DNA of 63,936 nucleotides, counting the filler, from an uncultured Ignavibacteriales bacterium (GTDB taxonomy: Bacteria; Zixibacteria; MSB-5A5; GN15; JAAZOE01): NCBI GenBank assembly GCA_964611355.1. It is 3 parts of 3 records of this genome, joined end to end, with 100 filler letters (N's around TTAATTAATTAA, not from the genome) between each part and the next. Parts side by side here need not be neighbours in the genome. Positions count along the whole stretch, not along the records: positions 1 to 30,763 come from CAZSYD010000028.1; 2 more parts are not named here. One strand, 5' to 3'. Position 1 is the first letter of the stretch; each line of letters begins with the position of its first letter. Below are positions 1-7,034 of the stretch, piece by piece. A program made the position numbers and the translations under genes. The notes beneath the pieces are model-generated. The model had not been told where the DNA came from, did no database searches, and saw only the letters and a list, made by a program, of their open reading frames with translations.

Positions 1-126
1 TCCAATAACCATCCCTGGAGGAGATCGCCCTTGAAGACGGTGATAAGAAAACGGATCTATAATGAAATGACAAAATAGGACATTTCTATCTTGCCAAGAA
101 TAGGACATTTCTATCTTGCCTTGACA
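1..126 (+). mobile_element. Right end of an IS1202-family (ISNCY) insertion sequence: transposase C-terminus plus terminal repeats
   Basis: Frame 1 reads SNNHPWRRSPLK...EMTK* (stop 76-78); HPWR is the conserved IS1202 transposase C-terminal motif. Two identical 22-bp repeats AATAGGACATTTCTATCTTGCC (74-95, 99-120) are followed by a TTGACA end (121-126), fitting TGT...ACA termini. Confidence 0.8.
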
Positions 127-181
127 TTGGCTCTTGTTTTGCCTTGACAACCCTGCACAGTATTGGTTTATTTGAAAATCC

Positions 182-1426
182 TTGAAAGAAAGGCAAAATT
201 TGTCCTCTGAAGTCGAAAAAACACAACAGGTCACGTCCGATCTTTTCAAAAAATGCCATGAATTTACGACCGCCAAAGAGGTGATGGCGGCCGGATACTA
301 CCCCTATTTTCGTCCGATTTCGTCAGCCCTGGGCGATGAGGTAATCGTCAACAACAAAGAAATGATCATGATCGGCTCCAATAACTACCTCGGTCTGGTC
401 GGCCATCCCAAAGTAAAACAAGCGGCGGCCCAGGCAGCTCTTAAATACGGATCAGGGTGCACCGGTTCCCGTCTTCTCAACGGCACGCTCGATTTGCACG
501 TAGAGCTGGAAGAACGGCTGGCGCGATTTATGAAACGGGAAGCGGCCCTGGTATTTTCCACCGGTTTCCTGACCAACCTGGGAACGATATCCTGCCTTGT
601 CGGTAAGGATGACGTTATCATGATAGATCGCAGCGATCATGCCTCGATTGTCGAGGGCTGTCGTCTTTCTTACGGCAAGATTTTCAAATATGCTCATAAC
701 GACATGGATGACCTTGAGCGGCTTCTGGAACACGCGGTCTATAATGGTATTCGGGGCGGGATTTTGATTATCACCGACGGCGTTTTTTCAATGGAAGGCG
801 ATATTGTCAATCTCCCCCGAATGTGCGAGATTGCCAACAGGTATGGCGCCCGTGTTATGGTTGACGACGCTCATTCGGTTGGCGTCCTGGGTGAAGGCGG
901 CCGCGGAACGGCTGAACATTTCGGCCTGATCGACCGGGTTGATATCACCATGGGAACCTTTTCAAAGTCGTTTGCTTCGCTGGGAGGATTTATCGCGGCC
1001 GACGCCGCCGTTATACATTACGTCAAACATCTTGCGAGGGCATTAATCTTCTCGGCCTCGATTCCTCCGTCTGCCGCCGCCGCCGTTATGGCCGCTCTCG
1101 ATGTAATTGAAACCGAACCGGAAAGACGGGCAAATCTTTGGAAAAATACCCGCAAAATGCACAAGGGATTGCGGGATTTGGGCTACGATATCGGGACCAC
1201 GCAGACACCGATTGTACCGATTATGATTGGCGACGATACGACCTGCTTCAAGCTATGGAAGGATTTGAGCGATGAGGGGATTTTTACCAACGCCGCAATC
1301 CCCCCGGCCGTGCCTCCGGGTATGTCGCTCATTAGAACCAGTTACACCGCTACTCATACGGACAAGCAACTTGATCGCGTCCTGGATACTTTTGCCCGGC
1401 TCGGCAAAAAATACGACATAACCTGA
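182..1426 (+). CDS. spt: PLP-dependent alpha-oxoamine synthase, most likely serine palmitoyltransferase
   Basis: GSNNYLGL, GCTGSRLLNGT, DGVFSMEGD, DDAH, PLP-lysine motif GTFSKS; adjacent to a CerS-like gene. Confidence 0.75.
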   Translation: MKERQNLSSEVEKTQQVTSDLFKKCHEFTTAKEVMAAGYYPYFRPISSALGDEVIVNNKEMIMIGSNNYLGLVGHPKVKQAAAQAALKYGSGCTGSRLLNGTLDLHVELEERLARFMKREAALVFSTGFLTNLGTISCLVGKDDVIMIDRSDHASIVEGCRLSYGKIFKYAHNDMDDLERLLEHAVYNGIRGGILIITDGVFSMEGDIVNLPRMCEIANRYGARVMVDDAHSVGVLGEGGRGTAEHFGLIDRVDITMGTFSKSFASLGGFIAADAAVIHYVKHLARALIFSASIPPSAAAAVMAALDVIETEPERRANLWKNTRKMHKGLRDLGYDIGTTQTPIVPIMIGDDTTCFKLWKDLSDEGIFTNAAIPPAVPPGMSLIRTSYTATHTDKQLDRVLDTFARLGKKYDIT

Positions 1427-1428
1427 CC

Positions 1429-2574
1429 TTGGATATTATAACCGCCAAAGAGAATATCGAACTGCTGGAGGTTGAAAACTCCTCCGACCTTAACCGGTTT
1501 ATCAAATTACCGTTTTCTATTTACAAGGATGATCCCAACTGGGTCCCGCCGTTGATTTCGGAACGCAAAGAGTTTTTCGACAAAATCAAAAACCCTTTCT
1601 TTCGGGCCGCCAAAACCAGGTTGTTTCTGGCGCGAAAAAACGGAGAATATGTCGGGCGGGTTGCGACCTGCATCAATTATAATCACAACGAATACCATCA
1701 GGAAAAGACCGGGTTTTTTGGATTTTTCGACGTTATCGAGGATTACGAGGTAGCCAGGGTTCTTTTCAAGGTTGCTTTGATTACTCTCAAAGCCGAAGGA
1801 ATGGAACAGATGATCGGCCCGGCCAGTTTTTCGACCAACCACGAGGTCGGCATGCTGATCGAAGGTTACAACTTTCCTCCGGCCGTAATGATGACCTATA
1901 ATAAGCCGTATTACAATGACTTTGCCGAAAAGTTCGGTCTCCGCAAGGCCAGGGACCTTCTGGCTTTCCGAATCTTTCAAAATACCGAAATGGATCCGCG
2001 ACTGATCCGAATATCGGAAAGGATAAAGGCTAAAGAAGGAATCGGCCTCCGTACGCTGAATATGAAAGATTATGACGCCGAAGTGGAACTAATCAATGAA
2101 ATCTACAACAAAGCCTGGTCGAAAAACTGGGGTTTTGTCCCTATGTCAAAAGAGGAGTTCCGGTACACGGCCCGCGACATGAAGCAGATCGTCGATCCCG
2201 ATATGGTTCTTATCGCCGAGGTTCGGGGCAAACCGGTCGGTTTTTGTTTATCGCTGCCCAATATCAATCAGGCGTTAAAATACACCAATGGCCGCCTGTT
2301 TCCCACCGGGCTCATAAAACTTCTCTGGCATACCAAAATCAAAAACAAAGTCGACTCCGTTCGCATTATCACCCTGGGCATTATTCAGGAATACCAGAAG
2401 CGGGGCATCGATACTTTATTTTACCTCGAAACATTCAGGGTCGGTCCAACCAGGGGTTACAACTGGGGCGAGATGAGCTGGATTCTTGAAGATAATTTCG
2501 CCATGGTGCGCGCCGCCGAACTGATGGGCACGAAAGTATATAAACGTTATCGCATGTATGGAATGCGGGTGTAG
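1429..2574 (+). CDS. GNAT-fold N-acyltransferase, bacterial ceramide synthase (bCerS/YghO-like) family
   Basis: FIKLPFSIYKDDPNWVPPL, NPFF, GFFGFF, YNKPYY, AWSKNWGFVP, EYQKRGID, EMSWILEDN; starts 2 nt after the spt stop. Confidence 0.75.
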   Translation: MDIITAKENIELLEVENSSDLNRFIKLPFSIYKDDPNWVPPLISERKEFFDKIKNPFFRAAKTRLFLARKNGEYVGRVATCINYNHNEYHQEKTGFFGFFDVIEDYEVARVLFKVALITLKAEGMEQMIGPASFSTNHEVGMLIEGYNFPPAVMMTYNKPYYNDFAEKFGLRKARDLLAFRIFQNTEMDPRLIRISERIKAKEGIGLRTLNMKDYDAEVELINEIYNKAWSKNWGFVPMSKEEFRYTARDMKQIVDPDMVLIAEVRGKPVGFCLSLPNINQALKYTNGRLFPTGLIKLLWHTKIKNKVDSVRIITLGIIQEYQKRGIDTLFYLETFRVGPTRGYNWGEMSWILEDNFAMVRAAELMGTKVYKRYRMYGMRV

Positions 2575-2576
2575 CT

Positions 2577-3113
2577 ATGATAAAAAAGATTTTTATCCTG
2601 ATACCGGTTCTGACTCTGACCGTATTTCTTCTTCTCTCGTGCAAGAGGACATACTTCCATCTGACCGAAGAAGTACATGACAATGTCGCGATGCGCTTTA
2701 CTACCGGGACGTCATATTTTGAACCCGGCAGGTCGATAGTTTTGACCGGCGGGAAGTATCGGATAGAATGGGGCGACAGTATTGTCCTGTTCGTTGAGGG
2801 TAAGGCGAAATTCACCGGCGTGGGGGAAGAAGGTATAGGCACTCTCGATTTCACCGAAACCGCCCGTTTTTATATTACTTTACAGCCGTCGCTGAAAGCA
2901 GGCCGTTACAATACCCGTTATAAAGCGATCTGCGAGATTATAAACAGCTTCACATACGGCGAGGGCGAAAACCTGTTCACCTGCCAGTCGGGCGAGGTGG
3001 TAATTGATTCGCTCAGGAAGGGAAAAATCTACGGCGTCTTCACCGGCGAATATCTCAATACCAGCAACAAACACCTCTCGGTCAAAGGCGACATCAAGGC
3101 AGGCCGGAAGTAG
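2577..3113 (+). CDS. Putative lipoprotein of unknown function
   Basis: MIKK, hydrophobic stretch, LLSC lipobox; beta-rich; starts 2 nt after the previous stop. Confidence 0.7.
   Translation: MIKKIFILIPVLTLTVFLLLSCKRTYFHLTEEVHDNVAMRFTTGTSYFEPGRSIVLTGGKYRIEWGDSIVLFVEGKAKFTGVGEEGIGTLDFTETARFYITLQPSLKAGRYNTRYKAICEIINSFTYGEGENLFTCQSGEVVIDSLRKGKIYGVFTGEYLNTSNKHLSVKGDIKAGRK
3074..3113 (+). repeat. 40-bp direct repeat, copy 1 (3' end of lipoprotein gene)
   Basis: CCTCTCGGTCAAAGGCGACATCAAGGCAGGCCGGAAGTAG; 36/40 identical to 4325-4364. Confidence 0.85.
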
Positions 3114-3248
3114 CGTAGCAATTTATTATACTATGTTAACTCAGCCCCAAAGAGATGGGCCGCCTACCTGCCAACTGGCGTACAAAGTTATTTGCATGAT
3201 AGTACGAAATTGTAAAGAAAACTGCTTATCAATCACGAGGACAATATA

Positions 3249-4199
3249 GTGTACGTATATGGACCTGTTCCTTCGCGCAGATTAGGACGTTCTCTCGGAG
3301 TAAGTCCGATTCCACCCAAGACGTGCTCATACACCTGCGTTTACTGTCAGTTGGGAAGAACCACACATCTTCAGGTAAAACGAGAGAGTTTCTTCCCCCG
3401 AAAAAATATTCTTGATGAAATTACCGATTCGGCATCGAAAAACAAGATAGATTTCGTTACTTTCGTCGGTGACGGCGAACCCACCTTAAACAAGGATCTG
3501 GGCTGGCTCATACGACAAACTAAAGAAAAACTGCATCTGCCTGCAGCCGTTATTACAAACGGTTCCTTATTATTTCAAGAAGATATAAGAGAAGATCTGA
3601 TTGAAGCTGACGTCGTGATGCCTACATTGGATGCGGGTAATGAAAAAACATTCAGGGCTGTCAACAGGCCTGATCGCAGTATTGATTATGACAGTATGCT
3701 CCGGGGACAAATAGAGTTCCGTCGCGCCTATTCCGGGCAGATATGGGTTGAAGTTATGCTGGTAAAAGGCTTGAACGATAATGACAAAGAGCTTCAGAGC
3801 ATCAAGCATGCTATTGATCTGATAAATCCTGACAGGGTGTATATACTTACGCCGATTCGCCCTCCGGCGGAATCCTGGGTTAAGCCGTCGGATCCGCAGG
3901 ATATTCTGAAAGCGCAGGAAATAATCGGAAAGGCCATACCGGTGGCGGAGCTGGAAACCGGTCAATTCGGCTTGGCGGAATTCTCGGATGCCAGACAGGC
4001 TATTCTCGAAATCGGTTCTCGTCATCCCCTGCGGTGGGAGCAAGCCCTTAAAATAGAGGAAGCATACTCCGTTTCCGGCGCGGTTGAAAAAATGCTTAAG
4101 GACAATGAACTGATCCGGGTTGAGTATAATGGAAATCTATATGTACTGCCCGGGCATTTCAAAATGGGAAAGATACATTCGACCGGAAAAGAGAGTTAG
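3249..4199 (+). CDS. Radical SAM Fe-S oxidoreductase (COG0731-like)
   Basis: YVYGPVPSRRLGRSLG, CSYTCVYC, GDGEPTL, VITNGSLL. Confidence 0.85.
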   Translation: MYVYGPVPSRRLGRSLGVSPIPPKTCSYTCVYCQLGRTTHLQVKRESFFPRKNILDEITDSASKNKIDFVTFVGDGEPTLNKDLGWLIRQTKEKLHLPAAVITNGSLLFQEDIREDLIEADVVMPTLDAGNEKTFRAVNRPDRSIDYDSMLRGQIEFRRAYSGQIWVEVMLVKGLNDNDKELQSIKHAIDLINPDRVYILTPIRPPAESWVKPSDPQDILKAQEIIGKAIPVAELETGQFGLAEFSDARQAILEIGSRHPLRWEQALKIEEAYSVSGAVEKMLKDNELIRVEYNGNLYVLPGHFKMGKIHSTGKES

Positions 4200-4324
4200 A
4201 TCATGAAATGTTGTGGGCGGCAGATGTCCACAACTGCGCGGCTGCCCCATGTCTTCAGACGTGGCGGTAGTCTGTATGTACCACAACATAGGTAATAGAA
4301 TAGACTCACGGCAAGCCATTGCCG

Positions 4325-4364
4325 CCTGTCCGTCAAAGGCGACATCAAGGCCGGCCGGAGGTAG
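4325..4364 (+). repeat. 40-bp direct repeat, copy 2 (orphan gene 3' end)
   Basis: CCTGTCCGTCAAAGGCGACATCAAGGCCGGCCGGAGGTAG encodes LSVKGDIKAGRR*. Confidence 0.85.
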
Positions 4365-4577
4365 AACACTGCTCTGCGGCGAGGGTGAACACCCGTGATT
4401 ATGACCCAGGGATATGCCCCGCACAGGAAAATTTGGACCTGCTAATAAAGTGGAAAATCAATATTTTGGATTATATTGAGCGGGGAAAACAACGGCCGTA
4501 CCATTACGGCTAGTTTGACAAAAGTCATTATCTCTTAATCAGATACACAATCTCACAGCTGTCAGGCAAAAAGAAAT

Positions 4578-4615
4578 GGTTGACAAAATCATAAAATTCA
4601 TTTAATTTGTCAACC
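4578..4615 (+). promoter_or_regulatory. Sigma70-type promoter overlapped by a perfect 10-bp inverted repeat (probable XRE operator)
   Basis: GGTTGACAAA (4578-4587) and TTTGTCAACC (4606-4615); TTGACA-N17-TAATTT. Confidence 0.6.
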
Positions 4616-4665
4616 GTAACGTGCCGATATGTGTAGAAGGGATGAAAGTGAAAGGAGATGATGAT

Positions 4666-5874
4666 ATGTTTGACAGGCGGTTAAAGCAGATACGACTGGC
4701 AAGGGGGTATACTCTGGAGGAGTTGGCTGCGAAAACTGGTGGTTTTATAACAAAACAAGCCCTGTCAAAATACGAAAAGGGGAAAATACGACCCAGTGCG
4801 CTGGTATTAAATAAACTGGCCGAAGCTCTAAACACTAAAGCGGCGACCCTGTATAGGGAGCCTAGTGTCTCCGTTGAAATCATTGCTTTCCGGAAAGCCT
4901 CACGACTTCCTAAAAAGGAACTGGCACGAATAGAATCCTATGTCAAAAATGCTCTTGAGGAGCGGATTCAGCTTCAGGAATTAGCTGGTCTGTCTGTTGA
5001 AACTTTGGACGAGAAATCAGCTAGAAGAAAGAATACTGGCAACCGTTTGCCAGTTCAGGCAATGCCGATCAAGAACTTGGAGGATGTCGAGACGGCCGCA
5101 GAAACTCTACGCAGCAAATGGAATCTTGGACTTGACGAGATCTCAAATATGACAGAGACTCTCGAGAATCACTCTGTTCATGTCATTGATATTAGCACAA
5201 AACATAAACTGGACGGCGTTGCCGCTGTAGCCCTTGTCGGGAAAAACCAGGTGAAGGCTGCTGCTGTGGCAAACAAGACGGGTGTACCCGGAGAACGGCA
5301 GCGACTGAATTTGGCACACGAATTAGGGCATCTTGTTCTTGACATACCGAAAAATGTAGATGAAGAAAAAGCGGCATTCCGTTTTGGCGCGGCGTTCATA
5401 GCACCATCGGAAATAATTCTAAATGAGGTTGGCACACATCGATCTTCTATTCAACTCGAAGAGTTCTTTATGCTTAAACGTCGGTTCGGGTTAAGTATTG
5501 CGGCACTTATGTACCGACTTCGTAACTTGAATGTCATCTCTGAGTCCTATTACAGACGTTGGTGTATTGAGATCAACAAACTTGGCTGGAAACAACGAGA
5601 GCCAAATGAAATCAAGACGGAGCAGTCAAACTGGCTTCGAAGAGTTGTACTAAGAAGTCTCTCGGAAGGGTTTCTGACGGCGGAAGAGGCAGCTCGCTTT
5701 CTTGGTGAATCGGTTGAACATGAAGAACCGTTTTCCCTGATTGAAAAGAAGGCTTTCCTCAAGCTGCCTTTAGAAGAGAGGCGAAAACTGCTGGCTGAAC
5801 AAGCGGCCAAGTTGTCTTCAGTCTATAACGAAAACCCAGACGTTGATGGAATAGGGGGAGGTGACTTTGACTAA
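4666..5874 (+). CDS. XRE HTH / ImmA-IrrE zinc metallopeptidase fusion with C-terminal antitoxin-like tail
   Basis: N-terminal XRE HTH (RLKQIRLARGYTLEELA...QALSKYEKG), RQRLNLAHELGH (HExxH); ATG 4666 follows AAAGGAG (ORF track starts at 4621). Confidence 0.85.
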   Translation: MFDRRLKQIRLARGYTLEELAAKTGGFITKQALSKYEKGKIRPSALVLNKLAEALNTKAATLYREPSVSVEIIAFRKASRLPKKELARIESYVKNALEERIQLQELAGLSVETLDEKSARRKNTGNRLPVQAMPIKNLEDVETAAETLRSKWNLGLDEISNMTETLENHSVHVIDISTKHKLDGVAAVALVGKNQVKAAAVANKTGVPGERQRLNLAHELGHLVLDIPKNVDEEKAAFRFGAAFIAPSEIILNEVGTHRSSIQLEEFFMLKRRFGLSIAALMYRLRNLNVISESYYRRWCIEINKLGWKQREPNEIKTEQSNWLRRVVLRSLSEGFLTAEEAARFLGESVEHEEPFSLIEKKAFLKLPLEERRKLLAEQAAKLSSVYNENPDVDGIGGGDFD

Positions 5875-6232
5875 TGGTGGCACGCCACAACCACAACGCG
5901 GCGAGATTTGGCTTATAAATCTTGATCCAACGATCGGTGACGAGATAAAGAAAAAGCGCCCATGCCTTGTAGTTAATTCTGACTCTATTGGCAAATTGCG
6001 TTTACGATCGGTAGCACCAATCACTGAGTGGAAGAATGCATTTCAAAACAATCTCTGGCACGTGCGAATCGGTCCAGACAAAAACAATGGACTGACTAAG
6101 GTATCTGCCTTTGATGTGCTACAACTGCGAGGCGTGGACATCCAACGTTTCATTAAGAAGCTCGGACATGTTTCGGCTGTGCAGATGGAAGAAGTGGTGG
6201 CTGCTATTGCAGTAGTAATTGAATACCGCTGA
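5861..6232 (+). CDS. mazF: PemK/MazF family endoribonuclease toxin
   Basis: PQRGEIWLINLDPTIGDEIKKKRPCLVV, VAPIT, NGLTKVS, QLRGVD; overlaps the upstream stop. Confidence 0.85.
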   Translation: MTLTNGGTPQPQRGEIWLINLDPTIGDEIKKKRPCLVVNSDSIGKLRLRSVAPITEWKNAFQNNLWHVRIGPDKNNGLTKVSAFDVLQLRGVDIQRFIKKLGHVSAVQMEEVVAAIAVVIEYR

Positions 6233-6253
6233 TTGCACTCGCCTATTTACACA

Positions 6254-7026
6254 GTACCCTACCCCATAGCGCCAGCGCCGGGTGTATCCTGAATGAAGTG
6301 AAGGGTGGGTTTTTACTTTTCTGCCTTAGGAGTTGATTATAAATTGGTTAGACTGTAGTGCTCCCCATTAGTCAAGCCGATTTTAAGAGAGTTTTGCGGT
6401 TGAGGTTATAGATTTCTTCGGCCCGATTCGGCGGGCGATAGCCTAACGCCGAATGCAGGTAACTTTCATTATACACTTGTACCCCACCCATTGGGTGGGT
6501 CTTTTATTTTTCCTTCTGATAAGTAAGATTTAATATCACCGGCTCTACTAACTCCCCCACACTTTCACCACAAAACCACCCCTGATCGCTGACCCACTCG
6601 CATTTATAGATAACCATATTCTATAGGTATATCTATGATTGTAAGTGAACGCAAGCTCAAGGCCAATCGCGAAAACGCCCAAAAATCAACCGGGCCAAAA
6701 ACCGCCGAAGGCAAAGCCGCCTCCTCAGATATCACAAAAACCGGAATCAATCCGGCGAAAAGACCAAAAATGAAATGGGGCCCCCGAAAAAATGACAAAA
6801 CGAACCCAAATCGCCGCGCCCATAGACTTCTCAAACACCTTCAGTTTCAACGTCATACAAGAATCACTACAAAACCGGTAGAACGAAAAGTAAAATATGA
6901 CGGAACAAACCCATTTTCCCTGTAGTGATTATCAGACAGCATGATACAAGAAATTTCCGTAAGCGGGTATCTAATCAAAAAACGGCGGCGTGTACGCCAT
7001 CCGTAGCGCCTGCGGCGGGTGGGTTT
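6254..7026 (+). repeat. REP-like palindromic repeats GTAC-CCCACCC...GGGTGGGT (copies 6254-6314, 6479-6505, 6992-7026)
   Basis: Shared GTAC foot and GGGTGGGT(T/C)TT arm; copies 1 and 3 share the TAGCGCC..GC..CGGGTG core; partial copy at 54617-54631. Confidence 0.55.
6635..6925 (+). CDS. Short, possibly degenerate ANRxNAQKSTGP-motif hypothetical protein
   Basis: SERKLKANRENAQKSTGPKTAEGKAASS N-terminus, a widespread uncharacterised motif; low-complexity remainder. Confidence 0.55.
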   Translation: MIVSERKLKANRENAQKSTGPKTAEGKAASSDITKTGINPAKRPKMKWGPRKNDKTNPNRRAHRLLKHLQFQRHTRITTKPVERKVKYDGTNPFSL

Positions 7027-7034
7027 ATGTGTGA

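Noticed and set aside
74..120. 22-bp direct repeats as a CRISPR array
   Set aside because: Only two copies 3 bp apart, no spacers or cas genes; explained as IS terminal repeats
4263..4274. GGCGGTAGTCTG match to the ops (RfaH) element
   Set aside because: Not in the leader of a long operon and part of a hairpin; probably chance
6404..6447. GTTATAG and GCCTAAC as attC core sites near mazF
   Set aside because: Wrong order for an attC on either strand and no palindromic arms
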